Positions 42,078 through 54,688 of a stretch of 64,000 bases of DNA are shown one piece after another. The stretch comes from Desulfomonilia bacterium (GTDB lineage Bacteria > Desulfobacterota > Desulfomonilia > UBA1062): positions 192,001 through 256,000 of the forward strand of contig CAXXDQ010000002.1 in assembly GCA_963664325.2 (NCBI GenBank), read 5' to 3'. The notes beneath the pieces are model-generated. The model did no database searches. It was not told the DNA's origin and worked only from the letters and a program-made list of their open reading frames with translations. Position numbers and translations under genes: made by a program. The first letter of the stretch is position 1, and each line of letters begins with the position of its first letter.

Positions 42078-43097
42078 TCAGCCGTTAGAGAGTTTTTTCA
42101 TTGCTTCAAGGGCATCATCCTCACCTATACAGACCAGTATATCACCTGTCTGAAAAACATAGTCAGCCGGTGGATTAAAGATCATATTGCCATCGGGATT
42201 TTTTATTGTGACTACAACAAGACCTATATCTGTTCTGATACGTGAATCTTTGAGTTGTGTACCTATAAGTAATGATCCGGGTTTTATTTTAAACCCTTCC
42301 ATCTGTATGCTAATATCTTTATTCCTTTCTCCAGCCGCCAGATCGAGCAAATCCATTATAGTAGGCTTAAGGATAATATTTGCCATATATTGTCCACCGA
42401 TAAGATAAGGGGATACAACTCTGTCCGCACCGGCCCTTTTCAGGTTTCTGATCGAATCTTCCGTTTCTGCCCTTGCAAGTACAAATATTTTGGGTTTAAG
42501 TTCTTTTGAAATAAGAGTTATATAAACATTGGATACATCTGAAACTGCAGTTGCTATAAGGCCTTTTGCCCTGCTTATTCCGGCCCTTTGTAAAGTCTCT
42601 TCCTGGGTTGCGTCTCCGTGCACAAATGGGATATGCTCTTTTTCAAGGATTTCAAGTGCCTGAGAATCGCTGTCAACTACAACAAATTGTTTCCCGGACT
42701 TGTGAAATTCTTTCCAGACCAGGGAGCCTATCCTTCCGTTGCCGCATATTATATAGTGCCCATCAAGTTTCATGATTTTTCTGTCAAGCCTCCTTTGTCC
42801 AAGCATTTTTTGAAGTTCGCCTTCAATAATAAACCTTGTTGCCGTCATGAATGTATAGGCTGCTACGCCGACACCCAATATTATGACTATTGAATTAAAT
42901 ATTCTTCCGGAAGTTGAAAGAGGATGGATTTCACCATATCCGATCGTCGCGATTGTCGTCAGCGTCATGTAAAAGGAATCAAATAAAGGCCAGCCCTCTA
43001 TCAGATAAAATCCCAGAGTTCCCAAAAATGTAACGGAAAGCAGTAGAACCAAGACAAGTATAATTCTACCTGAAGGACTGATATTTTTTATTGCCAA
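42078..43097 (-). CDS. Potassium channel with RCK (TrkA-N/C) domains
   Basis: TIGYG filter, ICG.GRIG, GDAT. Confidence 0.9.
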   Translation of the reverse strand: MAIKNISPSGRIILVLVLLLSVTFLGTLGFYLIEGWPLFDSFYMTLTTIATIGYGEIHPLSTSGRIFNSIVIILGVGVAAYTFMTATRFIIEGELQKMLGQRRLDRKIMKLDGHYIICGNGRIGSLVWKEFHKSGKQFVVVDSDSQALEILEKEHIPFVHGDATQEETLQRAGISRAKGLIATAVSDVSNVYITLISKELKPKIFVLARAETEDSIRNLKRAGADRVVSPYLIGGQYMANIILKPTIMDLLDLAAGERNKDISIQMEGFKIKPGSLLIGTQLKDSRIRTDIGLVVVTIKNPDGNMIFNPPADYVFQTGDILVCIGEDDALEAMKKLSNG

Positions 43098-43915
43098 ATG
43101 TATTCCTTTACTTCGGCTTTAATCGTGGATGTGTTTAATACAGGCTGTCCGTAAAATGCAACTGAATAAGGTATTTCGTTAACTTGCGACAGAACACCAA
43201 GTGTATTGCTTCTGTCCATTAATACCGCATCGATATCAGGCTCCTTTTTTATTAAGAAGTCGTTATCAGTCGGCACTTTACCGGCATATACGGTCTTGGC
43301 AGCAAGTAATCTGTTATCTTTATCATATATCCTTATTTCAACCTGCAAAGCTTTCAGGGGTTTATTTTCATTTTTTCTTACAATCCCCTTTATTATTAGA
43401 ATCTGCCCCTGGTTCTCAAGGTTGAGATACTTGAAAGTGGTATCTGTTTCCTTTATTAAAAAGGGATAAACTGGTCCCTGCCGAGTTGAAGTATCACCGT
43501 TTCTTTCAAAGAACCTCAGTCCTCCGCCCTTGCTATATGAGAGTATTAAAGCGATAATTACAATGATCATTGCAAATAAGCCTGTCAGAGTATTTCTTAT
43601 ACTCCGTGGTCTGGTTTTCTTAGTAATTTCGGGCTGTTCAACAGCTGTTTCGTGGACAACCGGAGACCTGTCCTCAGAGAAGCTCAGGCCTGTGTCAATC
43701 GGGAGAGATTCATAAGAAATACCCTGTATCCTATCCTTGTTCGAGGTGCTTTCTGTCTCGTGTACGCCTGTTTCAGATTCAACTGCATCGGGTGCTTTCT
43801 GCTCGGGCATGAAGATGTGGGAACACACACTGCATCTCATTTTGATTCCCTGTCTTTGCAGGAGGGTATCATCAATCTTGAATTTACTTGAACAGTTCGG
43901 GCAAGTTATAATCAT
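43088..43915 (-). CDS. Zinc-ribbon, TM, DUF3426-like protein
   Basis: MIITCPNC...RCSVC.H.F, central TM. Confidence 0.75.
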   Translation of the reverse strand: MIITCPNCSSKFKIDDTLLQRQGIKMRCSVCSHIFMPEQKAPDAVESETGVHETESTSNKDRIQGISYESLPIDTGLSFSEDRSPVVHETAVEQPEITKKTRPRSIRNTLTGLFAMIIVIIALILSYSKGGGLRFFERNGDTSTRQGPVYPFLIKETDTTFKYLNLENQGQILIIKGIVRKNENKPLKALQVEIRIYDKDNRLLAAKTVYAGKVPTDNDFLIKKEPDIDAVLMDRSNTLGVLSQVNEIPYSVAFYGQPVLNTSTIKAEVKEYIWQ

Positions 43916-43916
43916 T

Positions 43917-44444
43917 TCATCCCTGTTTTATTTCCTTTTCGCTGAGGACGTAAATCTGGGGCAGCCCTCTATATTTTTCGGCGTAATCCAACCCGTATCC
44001 TACTACAAAACCGTCATCTATCTTGAATCCCCAATAATCAGGGCTGATATTGACTTCACGTCTGCATGATTTATCAAGGAGCGTACAAAGCTTTACAGAA
44101 CTGGGATTCTTGAAAACAAGCAATTCTTTGAAAGCAAAAAGCGTGTTTCCCGTATCCAATATATCATCTATAACAAGAACGTCTTTTCCTTCTATATCAA
44201 TTATTTGATCAAATGTGATTAAAGGCTTGGAATTCGGCATGTCCTTATTGCCGTAAGTTGATATCCTTATGAAATCGATTTGGAACGGGACGTTTATATT
44301 TCTTACAAGATCTGAAGCGAACATGAAAGAACCTTTAAGTATGACCAGTATGAATAAGTCTTTTGACTTATATTCTTTACTTATCTGCAAGCCGAGATTC
44401 TCGACTTTTTCAGCTATCTCACTGGCACTGAAAAGTAATTCCAT
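43917..44444 (-). CDS. hpt: Hypoxanthine phosphoribosyltransferase
   Basis: LKGS, VIDDILDTG.T, FVVGYGLDY. Confidence 0.95.
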   Translation of the reverse strand: MELLFSASEIAEKVENLGLQISKEYKSKDLFILVILKGSFMFASDLVRNINVPFQIDFIRISTYGNKDMPNSKPLITFDQIIDIEGKDVLVIDDILDTGNTLFAFKELLVFKNPSSVKLCTLLDKSCRREVNISPDYWGFKIDDGFVVGYGLDYAEKYRGLPQIYVLSEKEIKQG

Positions 44445-44450
44445 GTCCGT

Positions 44451-44479
44451 TTTATATAGTATGGTCAGGGATGTGTCAA
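44451..44479 (-). promoter_or_regulatory. Sigma70 promoter of hpt
   Basis: TTGACA-N17-TATAAA, 6 nt before the ATG. Confidence 0.75.
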
Positions 44480-44528
44480 TGTAGTGATATCAAGCATTTG
44501 GTGCGTATTTTTTTAAATCGGAATCATA

Positions 44529-46001
44529 TTAATCGAGGCTGTCCAGGTAATAACGATAACCTGCCATATAAGACAGAATGCTCGCGGCTTCCTCGGGTGT
44601 TGTCAGGCACATTGCAGGACCATATGAGGTGTGCTGAAGCGTTTGGACTCCTTCGCCAAGTGATACTGCAATAATGGGCTTCCCTGTTTGTTTCTGTAAC
44701 CGTGCCATTTCAGAGATAAACTTGTTTTCAATCCGTATTTGATCTTTGATTACTGAAAGCTTGAGTTCCTTGCTTAATAAACGACCGAGGACCTTCTCTT
44801 GAGATTCAATAAAATCTTCAACGATTTTTAAGGTGCCGACAACTCCTAGGGCGATTAAAGAATCGATCATATCCCAATTCGCCAGGAGTTCGAGTGTTCT
44901 TAAGTGCAGTTCGGGCTTATTTTCCCCTACAAGGTCGATTGGATTTGACTTGTTCCAGTACGAGGGGACGTGCTTGTTCAGCTCCTTGATGATATCTTCC
45001 GACAATGCAGGAAGGACAAGACCTTGACTTTCACATTCATCGGCAGTGACTACACCCCAGCCGCCGCCAAGACTCATTATTCCTACTCTGTTGGATTTAG
45101 GAATAGGAAGGTTCGTCATTGCACCCGCCACATTAAGCAATTCCGTGGGATTTTTAACCTGGATTATACCAGTTTGTTTAAACATGGCAGAGTATGTCTC
45201 AAATGATCCAGCCATTGCCCCGGAATGTGATTGAGCAGCCTTTGATCCTGTCTTGGATCTTCCTGTTTTAAGTGCCACAACAGGTTTTTTTCTTGTTACT
45301 TTCCTGGCTATATCCATGAATCGTCTGCCGTTCTCGACACCCTCAAGATACATGGCTATACCGTTTACTTCATCCCTTTCTCCGAAATATTCCATAAGGA
45401 TGTCAGCCTTAAGAATTGCCTCATTCCCGGTGCCTGCGTAGAAACAGACGCCCATTCCCCTGTTGATTGTCCACTGGATAATCTGTACTCCGATGTTGCC
45501 GCTCTGGGAGATGACTCCAAGGCTTCCTTTACCGGGAAATACGGGAACTCCGATTGCAGTCAAACCTGCATGTGTTGATATTGTTCCCATTGTGTTAGGT
45601 CCTAAAAAAATCAGGCCCGAGTCCTTGGCAATTTCATCTATTTCATTTTCAAGCTTCAGTCCCTCTATGCCAGTCTCCCTAAAACCTGAAGATATTATCA
45701 CAGCTGAAGCCGTACCCTTTTTTATGCAATCCTTTAATGCATTAGCAACATGCACAGCAGGAATTGTAATTATTGCCAGGTCAACTTTGCCGGGAATCGA
45801 CTCGAGATCAGGATAAGTTTTCAGATCAAGGATTACATCCTTTTTTGTATTGACTGGGTATATTTTTCCCTTGAATCCTCCACTCAGAATAGCGGTTGTA
45901 ATCATGAACCCCCATTTTCCCGGAATATCAGAGGCTCCTATGATTGCAACTGATTCCGGGAAAAACATTGCATCAAGCTTATTTCTGAGGTCTTTATTCA
46001 T
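44529..46001 (-). CDS. ADP-forming acyl-CoA synthetase alpha subunit
   Basis: AIIGAS, GPNTMG, SQSG, SHSGAMAG phospho-His, NPIDL. Confidence 0.88.
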   Translation of the reverse strand: MNKDLRNKLDAMFFPESVAIIGASDIPGKWGFMITTAILSGGFKGKIYPVNTKKDVILDLKTYPDLESIPGKVDLAIITIPAVHVANALKDCIKKGTASAVIISSGFRETGIEGLKLENEIDEIAKDSGLIFLGPNTMGTISTHAGLTAIGVPVFPGKGSLGVISQSGNIGVQIIQWTINRGMGVCFYAGTGNEAILKADILMEYFGERDEVNGIAMYLEGVENGRRFMDIARKVTRKKPVVALKTGRSKTGSKAAQSHSGAMAGSFETYSAMFKQTGIIQVKNPTELLNVAGAMTNLPIPKSNRVGIMSLGGGWGVVTADECESQGLVLPALSEDIIKELNKHVPSYWNKSNPIDLVGENKPELHLRTLELLANWDMIDSLIALGVVGTLKIVEDFIESQEKVLGRLLSKELKLSVIKDQIRIENKFISEMARLQKQTGKPIIAVSLGEGVQTLQHTSYGPAMCLTTPEEAASILSYMAGYRYYLDSLD

Positions 46002-46144
46002 AATTTTATCTCCTTTACCGTAAAATCAGCTATTTTGGGAATCCTTAAAAATAATTTAATAATAATACTATTGCCCATTTAATATAAATCTTTATAATAT
46101 AAATTAAATATAAATTTTTTTTTAAACAGCGGGGGAGGGGCATC

Positions 46145-46468
46145 ATGGAAGAAAAAAGATTACATGAAAGAATTCAAGTAGACCTAATGGCTCAATTTAA
46201 CGAAGACACACCTGAAACATATATTGGTCGTGTCACAAATCTTAGTATGGGTGGTATGTTCCTTAAGGTATCAAATCTGAGCGAATCCGGTACTCGTGTG
46301 TTTATCGATATTGATGCAGAAAGTATAGGCAAGGTTGTCTGGACTCAAGGTCATGTTGTCAGGACGACACCGTTTGGAATGGCTATCGAATTCGACCGTG
46401 CCGATACAAAAGGATTAGAGTCTCTTTTGACTGCTGAAAAAGCAATAACAAGCAGAAAGAAAACATAA
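46145..46468 (+). CDS. Single-domain PilZ protein
   Basis: RLHER (RxxxR) and NLSMGG. Confidence 0.85.
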   Translation: MEEKRLHERIQVDLMAQFNEDTPETYIGRVTNLSMGGMFLKVSNLSESGTRVFIDIDAESIGKVVWTQGHVVRTTPFGMAIEFDRADTKGLESLLTAEKAITSRKKT

Positions 46469-46670
46469 TCTTTTTAGAACCGGCATCACCCTGTCAGAAA
46501 AGAGTAGGTATACTATGATGGGGTGAAGAATTACCAATCATGTAAGATATTATTAAAAAAGCTGATTTACCCTTTTCATGGTTTGATAATCTCTCAGGTA
46601 ACCTTGTTGACATAAGGCTAATACATGGTTTATTTCTAATAATACATCTTAAATAAAGGAAGTGAGGAAG

Positions 46671-46892
46671 ATGGAAGAAAAAGATTTGCAGCTTATAAAC
46701 AAAATTATACTGAAAAATCCTGAGCTTAAAAAACTCTGGGAAGAGCATCTCGATTACAAGGCAAAACTTGATGAGTACAACAGGAAAAAATACCTTAGTG
46801 CGGAAGATGAACTCAAACGCAGAGAAATACAAAAACTAAAACTTGCCGGTAAGGACCGCATTGAAGATATTCTTAGGATGAACAGAGATTAA
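46671..46892 (+). CDS. DUF465/YdcH-like small protein
   Basis: MEEKDL...L..EH......L, KL.GKD.IE; typical position before ilvB. Confidence 0.75.
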   Translation: MEEKDLQLINKIILKNPELKKLWEEHLDYKAKLDEYNRKKYLSAEDELKRREIQKLKLAGKDRIEDILRMNRD

Positions 46893-46925
46893 AGATTATC
46901 TTTTCTTGACAATTAAGAGGAATGC

Positions 46926-48626
46926 ATGACCAAAATTAAGGGCGCATCAGCGCTCATCGAGTCCCTCCGATGCGAGGGTGTAAAGCATTTATTCGGTTAT
47001 CCGGGCGGAGCCGTTCTGGATATTTTTGACATGCTTTATGATTCAAAGGACATTGAGTTCATACTGGTAAGGCATGAACAGGGTGCCGTTCATGCTGCAG
47101 ACGGTTATGCAAGGGCGAGCGGAAATGTAGGAGTCTGCCTGGTCACTTCGGGTCCGGGAGCAACAAATACAGTAACAGGTCTTGCAACGGCATATATGGA
47201 CTCCATCCCCGTAGTCGTATTTTCAGGGCAGGTGTCAACGCACCTGATTGGCAACGATGCATTTCAGGAAGCAGATACTGTAGGCATTACAAGGTCATGC
47301 ACAAAACATAATTTTTTAGTTAAAGATGTGAACGAGCTCCCTAAAATAATCAAGGAAGCGTTTTATATCGCACGGACAGGCAGGCCTGGGCCTGTTTTGA
47401 TTGACCTCCCAAAAGACGTAATGAATGCACAGGCTTTATTCAAATACCCGGAAGAAGTTCACCTAAGGGGTTATTCACCGACTTACAAGGGACATCCGGG
47501 TCAGATAAAAAGGATTGTTGATACCATACTCAAAAGCAAAAGACCTGTGATTTATGCCGGGGGTGGGATCATCCTTTCGAATGCCGCAGATGAATTGAGA
47601 GAGTTTGCCCGTACAACACATATACCGGTGGCGTTGACCCTTATGGGTCTTGGAGCATACCCTGCAGACGAGAGGGGATTCCTCGGGATGCTTGGCATGC
47701 ACGGTACATATTATGCCAATATGGCTGTACATGAATCAGACTGTCTTGTCTCAATTGGTGCACGGTTTGATGACCGTGTAACCGGAAAGATTGATGAATT
47801 TTCACCGAAAGCGAAGATAATACATATAGACATCGACCCCACTTCCATAAGTAAGAATGTAAAAGTGGACCTGCCAGTAGTGGGAGACTGCAGGAGTGTA
47901 CTCTCAGACATGCTTGCACTGCTTGAAATCAGGTCAAAAGACCTTGGTGAGCTTAACCGTGAAATCGAGCCTTGGAACAAGGAGATTGATCACTGGAAAG
48001 AACATATGCCCCTTAAATACGATTCTTCTGATCAGCTAATCAAACCCCAATATGTTATTGAAACCATAGACAGGATTACCCCGGAAGATACTATAATCAC
48101 AACAGAAGTCGGACAAAACCAGATGTGGACAGCACAGTTTTACAGGTTCAACAAACCGAGGCTGTTCCTTACCTCCGGAGGATTGGGGACAATGGGATAC
48201 GGTTTTCCTGCGGCAATAGGCGCCCAGGCTGCATTTCCTGATAGAACGGTTATCGATATAGCAGGAGACGGATCGATACAGATGAATATTCAGGAGCTTG
48301 CAACAGCCGTACAATATAAACTCAATGTGAAGGTCATGATACTCAATAACTCCAACCTCGGTATGGTCAGACAATGGCAATGCCTTTTCTATAGAAAAAG
48401 ATATTCTTATACTGCCATGAATTTTTCCCCTGATTTTGTAAAGCTGGCCCAAGCTTACGGAGCGAATGGATTTCTGGTAGATAAACCGGCGGATGTTGAA
48501 GATGCCATAAAAGAGGCATTAGAAATTAATGGTCCGGTATTTGTTGACTTCAGGGTTGACCCGGATGAACATGTCTATCCAATGGTGCCTTCAGGTGCGC
48601 CTATTAAGAACATGTTGCTGGTATGA
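46926..48626 (+). CDS. ilvB: Acetolactate synthase large subunit
   Basis: [29 protein letters not shown]. Confidence 0.97.
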   Translation: MTKIKGASALIESLRCEGVKHLFGYPGGAVLDIFDMLYDSKDIEFILVRHEQGAVHAADGYARASGNVGVCLVTSGPGATNTVTGLATAYMDSIPVVVFSGQVSTHLIGNDAFQEADTVGITRSCTKHNFLVKDVNELPKIIKEAFYIARTGRPGPVLIDLPKDVMNAQALFKYPEEVHLRGYSPTYKGHPGQIKRIVDTILKSKRPVIYAGGGIILSNAADELREFARTTHIPVALTLMGLGAYPADERGFLGMLGMHGTYYANMAVHESDCLVSIGARFDDRVTGKIDEFSPKAKIIHIDIDPTSISKNVKVDLPVVGDCRSVLSDMLALLEIRSKDLGELNREIEPWNKEIDHWKEHMPLKYDSSDQLIKPQYVIETIDRITPEDTIITTEVGQNQMWTAQFYRFNKPRLFLTSGGLGTMGYGFPAAIGAQAAFPDRTVIDIAGDGSIQMNIQELATAVQYKLNVKVMILNNSNLGMVRQWQCLFYRKRYSYTAMNFSPDFVKLAQAYGANGFLVDKPADVEDAIKEALEINGPVFVDFRVDPDEHVYPMVPSGAPIKNMLLV

Positions 48627-48651
48627 GGAAGGAGTAAGAGGATAGGATTGT

Positions 48652-50165
<1,514 letters not shown>

Positions 50166-50167
50166 CT

Positions 50168-50995
50168 ATGAGGAGAAGAAGATTCAGAAGATTGAATAAT
50201 GAAGAGTTAAAGAGGAAGATCCCTTTATTGCCAAATTTTGTTACAACAATAGGGCTCTTTTTCGGATTTTTTTCCATCATGTTTTCACTCAAAGGGAATT
50301 TTTACAATGCCGCGATCATGATAATCCTGGCAGGTTTTATTGATGGAATTGATGGAAGAATTGCACGTGCAACCAATTCAACTTCAGCCTTCGGGAAAGA
50401 ATATGATTCCCTCTGTGACGTGATATGTTTTGGTGCAGCCCCTGCACTGATGGTCTATCTCTGGGAACTGTCAGGGTTCGGCAGGATGGGATTCCTTGCA
50501 AGTTTTGTCTACGTTGCTTGCGGGGCACTGAGACTTGCACGCTTCAACACGGACACTACAGGCGACGGGACAAAATTTACGGGCCTTCCGATCCCGGTTG
50601 CGGCCGTAACTCTCGCCAGCATACTTCTTATTTATGGAACGATGAGCGAATATCAGAATATTCCATACGCGGTCTCATTTATTGAATCAATCAAAGGTGT
50701 TCCGATTCTTGCAGGCGTGTTCTTCCTGGCATTTCTTATGGTCAGCACCATAAAGTACCCGAGCTTTAAACATGTAACTTATATAAAAGCGCATCCGTTC
50801 CAGCTCCTGGTTGCAGGGGTGCTGCTGCTAATGGTAATAGCTTATCAGCCTGAAATAATGGCTTTTCTCCTTGCCATGACCTTCGTAATCGGCGGGATAA
50901 TCCTCAATATTATCCAATATCTTTTTCACAGAAGCAGGAAGGTTGCGAGCGAGGAAATGAATGAAACCATCCCGAGAGAGAATCATAATATTTGA
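50168..50995 (+). CDS. pssA: Phosphatidylserine synthase (CDP-alcohol phosphotransferase)
   Basis: LPN..T, DG.DGRIAR, FG.EYDSL.D...FG.AP, LRLARFN. Confidence 0.92.
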   Translation: MRRRRFRRLNNEELKRKIPLLPNFVTTIGLFFGFFSIMFSLKGNFYNAAIMIILAGFIDGIDGRIARATNSTSAFGKEYDSLCDVICFGAAPALMVYLWELSGFGRMGFLASFVYVACGALRLARFNTDTTGDGTKFTGLPIPVAAVTLASILLIYGTMSEYQNIPYAVSFIESIKGVPILAGVFFLAFLMVSTIKYPSFKHVTYIKAHPFQLLVAGVLLLMVIAYQPEIMAFLLAMTFVIGGIILNIIQYLFHRSRKVASEEMNETIPRENHNI

Positions 50996-52493
50996 TACAA
51001 CACTGAGAGACGGGGAACAGTCCCCGGGTGCCACAATGGATGTGCATGAAAAGGTAATTGTGGCAAAGCAGCTTGAACTGCTCGGTGTCGATAAGATTGA
51101 AGCCGGGTTTCCCATAACCTCGCCGGGGGATTTTGACGCCGTGCAAGCAGTTGCATCTGAATTGGTAAAACCGCAGATAATAGGTCTTTGCCGTGCCAGA
51201 GAACAGGATATATTGACTGCATGGGAAGCCGTCAAGGAAGCGAAAAATCCAGGGCTCCATACATTTATTGCAACTTCGGACATCCACCTCAAACACAAAC
51301 TCCGTATGGAGCGCGATGAGGTTTTAAGGCATGTCCAATATGCAGTTGGTTTCTGCAGATCCATTTCTTCAAACATAGAGTTTTCTGCGGAGGATGCAAC
51401 CCGTTCGGATTGGGATTTCCTGGCTGAAGTTTTTACAGCTGCTATTGAGGCCGGTGCAGATACTTTGAATGTACCGGACACCGTAGGTTATACTACTCCG
51501 AAGGAATTTTCTGATCTTATAAGACATCTTAAAAGTAAGGTTAAGGGAATTGATAAGGCGACCCTGTCCGTACACTGCCACAACGATCTGGGGCTTGCCA
51601 CAGCAAATTCGATATCTGCAGTTCTGGCGGGTGCCCGTCAAATAGAATGTACAGTCAATGGAATTGGCGAGCGGGCAGGAAATACATCACTTGAAGAAGC
51701 CGTGATGATTATGAATGTCCGCAAAGATCTTTACCATCTGGAAAATGGAGTAGATACCTCTCAGATTTACCCGGCCAGCCGTCTTGTATCGCATATAACG
51801 GGTATTCCTGTTCAGCCGAACAAGGCGATTGTAGGTGCAAACGCCTTTGCTCATGAATCTGGCATTCATCAGGACGGCTTTCTGAAGGAGCGTCTAACAT
51901 ATGAAATAATGACCCCTGAAGCGGTCGGCATAGGAAAATCTCAACTGGTGCTGGGAAAACATTCCGGCAAGCATGCGCTGGACAACCGTCTGAAGGGAAT
52001 GGGTTACAATCTTAACGAAGATGAGCTGAAAAAAGTTTTCAACCGCTTCAAGGAGATTTCTGATAAGAAAAAGAAGGTTTACGATGCCGATATTGAGGCG
52101 ATAGTCATTGAAGAAATCTATAGAATTCCTGACAGGTATGAACTGAAAAACATAAACGTCAGTTCAGGAACGGTAACCATACCGACCGCAACTGTACAGC
52201 TCTGCATTGATGGTGAGATTTCTCTTGATGCAGGTTTCGGAAACGGCCCGGTCGATGCACTGTTCAAGACAATTATAAAAATGACCGGAAACAATGCTGA
52301 ACTCCAGAGATTCAGCGTAAGTTCCATAACCGGCGGGACAGACGCACAGGGTGAAGTCGCGGTCGAACTGAGAGATCGCGATCTGGTATCGGTGGGACAT
52401 GGCTCTGACCCTGATATCCTTGTCGCGTCTGCAAGGGCGCTTGTTAATGCGATGAATAAAATGGAGTTCATAAAAAAACGAAAGCCCATATAA
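50961..52493 (+). CDS. leuA: 2-isopropylmalate synthase
   Basis: DTTLRDGEQSPG, HCHNDLG, GERAGN, G.GPVDA. Confidence 0.95.
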   Translation: MKPSRERIIIFDTTLRDGEQSPGATMDVHEKVIVAKQLELLGVDKIEAGFPITSPGDFDAVQAVASELVKPQIIGLCRAREQDILTAWEAVKEAKNPGLHTFIATSDIHLKHKLRMERDEVLRHVQYAVGFCRSISSNIEFSAEDATRSDWDFLAEVFTAAIEAGADTLNVPDTVGYTTPKEFSDLIRHLKSKVKGIDKATLSVHCHNDLGLATANSISAVLAGARQIECTVNGIGERAGNTSLEEAVMIMNVRKDLYHLENGVDTSQIYPASRLVSHITGIPVQPNKAIVGANAFAHESGIHQDGFLKERLTYEIMTPEAVGIGKSQLVLGKHSGKHALDNRLKGMGYNLNEDELKKVFNRFKEISDKKKKVYDADIEAIVIEEIYRIPDRYELKNINVSSGTVTIPTATVQLCIDGEISLDAGFGNGPVDALFKTIIKMTGNNAELQRFSVSSITGGTDAQGEVAVELRDRDLVSVGHGSDPDILVASARALVNAMNKMEFIKKRKPI

Positions 52494-52515
52494 ACTGGCA
52501 AGGGAGTATCCTCAA

Positions 52516-53778
52516 TTGGGATCTACAATTACCGAAAAGATATTATCCTCACATATTGAAGGCAAAAAGGTTAAGCCCGGTGAGTTCGTACGCCTTCATA
52601 TAGATGTCGCACTTGCGAATGATATTACCGCCCCGATAGCCATTAAAGAGTTTGAAAATTCCGGTGCATCAAATCTTTATGAACCGGACAGGGTCGTATT
52701 TGTGCTTGATCATTTTACTCCAAATAAGGACATAGACTCTGCCAGCCAGTGTAGATTTGTCAGGAAATTTGCAGGAAAACATGGAATAAAAAATTTATTC
52801 GATGGCGGAAACTGCGGTGTGGAACATGCACTTCTCCCTGAAAAAGGCCTTGTACTGCCGGGTGATGTAATTATTGGTGCGGACAGCCATACCTGCACAT
52901 ATGGAGGATTGGGGGCATTTGCCACAGGGGTGGGCAGTACTGACCTGGCCGCAGCGATGATAACAGGACAGGCATGGTTTATGGTGCCCGAGACCATGAA
53001 ATTTGTTTTCAATGGCTCACTCCTGCCCTGGGTCGGGGGCAAAGACCTCATCTTGTATCTTATCGGCAAGATAGGCGTGGACGGTGCGCTCTACAAGACA
53101 ATGGAAATCTCCGGCAAGGCAATAGAAACGCTAGATCTCAGCGGGAGGCTTACAATTGCCAACATGGCCATTGAGGCGGGTGCAAAGGCGGGGATAATTG
53201 AGGCTGATGATAAAACAGTTGATTACATTAACAAACGGGCAACAAGGTCATACACAATATATAAAAGTGATGAAGATGCAAATTTTGAATCTGTGCACGA
53301 ATACGATTGTGCCAATATCGAACCGCAGGTTGCTTTCCCACATTTGCCAGAAAAGGCAAGGGGAATAAGCGAAGTCGGTGAGATCAGAATAGATCAGGTG
53401 ATAATCGGCTCATGCACAAACGGCAGGATTGAAGATCTCAGGGTTGCTGCAGATATTATGAAGGGGAAGCGTATCAATAAAGATGTTCGATGCATTATCC
53501 TTCCGGCAACACCGGAAGTCTATCTGAAGGCTGAAGATGAAGGGCTGCTCAGAATATTCCTTGAAGCGGGAGCCGTTCTTGGACCGCCGACCTGCGGCCC
53601 ATGCCTGGGCGGGCATATGGGCATTCTTGCTGAAGGAGAAAAGGCTGTATCCACTACCAACCGCAACTTTGTTGGCAGGATGGGGCACAGGACTAGCGAG
53701 GTTTATCTTGCCGGGCCTGCAATAGCTGCCGCATCATCGATTACCGGGAAAATATCGTCACCAGAGGAAGTGAAGTGA
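52516..53778 (+). CDS. leuC: 3-isopropylmalate dehydratase large subunit (LeuC type 2)
   Basis: DSHTCTYG, GSCTNGR, CGPCLG, TTNRNF. Confidence 0.92.
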   Translation: MGSTITEKILSSHIEGKKVKPGEFVRLHIDVALANDITAPIAIKEFENSGASNLYEPDRVVFVLDHFTPNKDIDSASQCRFVRKFAGKHGIKNLFDGGNCGVEHALLPEKGLVLPGDVIIGADSHTCTYGGLGAFATGVGSTDLAAAMITGQAWFMVPETMKFVFNGSLLPWVGGKDLILYLIGKIGVDGALYKTMEISGKAIETLDLSGRLTIANMAIEAGAKAGIIEADDKTVDYINKRATRSYTIYKSDEDANFESVHEYDCANIEPQVAFPHLPEKARGISEVGEIRIDQVIIGSCTNGRIEDLRVAADIMKGKRINKDVRCIILPATPEVYLKAEDEGLLRIFLEAGAVLGPPTCGPCLGGHMGILAEGEKAVSTTNRNFVGRMGHRTSEVYLAGPAIAAASSITGKISSPEEVK

Positions 53779-54278
53779 TGATCCAGGAAATGAAAGGAAG
53801 AGCATTTGTCTTTGGAAACGACATTGATACAGATGCAATTATACCAGCCAGATACCTGAACACCTCTGATCCGGAAATACTGAAAAAACATGTTATGGAA
53901 GATGCTGATTCCGAATTTGCCTCAAAAATAGGTCATGGTGATATAATTGTTGCCGGAAAAAATTTCGGCTGCGGATCCTCTCGTGAACATGCGCCTATTG
54001 CAATAAAAGCTTCAGGCATCAGTTGCGTCATAGCGGAAAGTTTTGCCCGTATTTTCTTTCGTAACAGCTTCAACATAGGGCTTCCCATATTAATATCTGT
54101 TGAGGCTTCCAGAGATATTAGGCAGGGCGATCTTCTGGAAGTTAATGCGGATGAGGGAGTTATCAGAAATATTTCTACAGGGAAAAAGTACAGTTCCAAC
54201 CGGTTGCCTGATTTTATCACAGAACTCGTAGCAGATGGCGGGCTGATTGAACATATTAAAAAGCGCGGCAGTATCTGA
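53775..54278 (+). CDS. leuD: 3-isopropylmalate dehydratase small subunit
   Basis: DTDAIIPARYL, NFGCGSSREHA. Confidence 0.93.
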   Translation: MMIQEMKGRAFVFGNDIDTDAIIPARYLNTSDPEILKKHVMEDADSEFASKIGHGDIIVAGKNFGCGSSREHAPIAIKASGISCVIAESFARIFFRNSFNIGLPILISVEASRDIRQGDLLEVNADEGVIRNISTGKKYSSNRLPDFITELVADGGLIEHIKKRGSI

Positions 54279-54382
54279 TTAATATGAAATAATTAGAAAT
54301 ATAAATAACCAGTATATTTTATCAAGAACAGCTATTCAAGATGTTTACGGAATAATAAGTTCGGATACATTATCCCGGGAAT

Positions 54383-54416
54383 AAAAAAATCCCCCCGGCA
54401 GAGACCAGGGGGATTT
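54383..54416 (-). terminator. Intrinsic terminator of the pal transcript
   Basis: AAATCCCCCTGG-N6-CCGGGGGGATTTTTTT on the minus strand. Confidence 0.8.
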
Positions 54417-54430
54417 GCGTGAATGCCCTC

Positions 54431-54688
54431 TTACTTCGCTGCTGGTGGAGCTGCAGGTGCCGGAGCTGCAGGTGCCTCTGGAGCCGGGGCTGCTGGTGCT
54501 GCCTCTGGAGCCGGGGCTGCTGGTGCTGCTGGTGCCGGAGCTGCTTCAGGAGCTGGAGCCGGAGCTGCAGGAACTGCCTGCTCTGTTGTTGCAGGAGCCG
54601 GAGCTTCTTCTTTCTTTGCACAGCCTACTGAAACTGTTACTGCAAAAACAACAAGTAATGCTACTGCTAGATTGATCCATTTGTTCAT
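54431..54688 (-). CDS. Small Pro/Ala-rich disordered lipoprotein
   Basis: AGGAG RBS, lipobox SVGC, PAPEAAPAA repeats. Confidence 0.8.
   Translation of the reverse strand: MNKWINLAVALLVVFAVTVSVGCAKKEEAPAPATTEQAVPAAPAPAPEAAPAPAAPAAPAPEAAPAAPAPEAPAAPAPAAPPAAK
54473..54526. repeat. 2 x 27-bp perfect tandem repeat in the Pro/Ala lipoprotein
   Basis: TGCCTCTGGAGCCGGGGCTGCTGGTGC twice. Confidence 0.85.

Noticed and set aside
46469-46925. ilv attenuator leader peptide
   Set aside because: No Leu/Val/Ile-rich leader with terminator; the space holds a DUF465-like gene.
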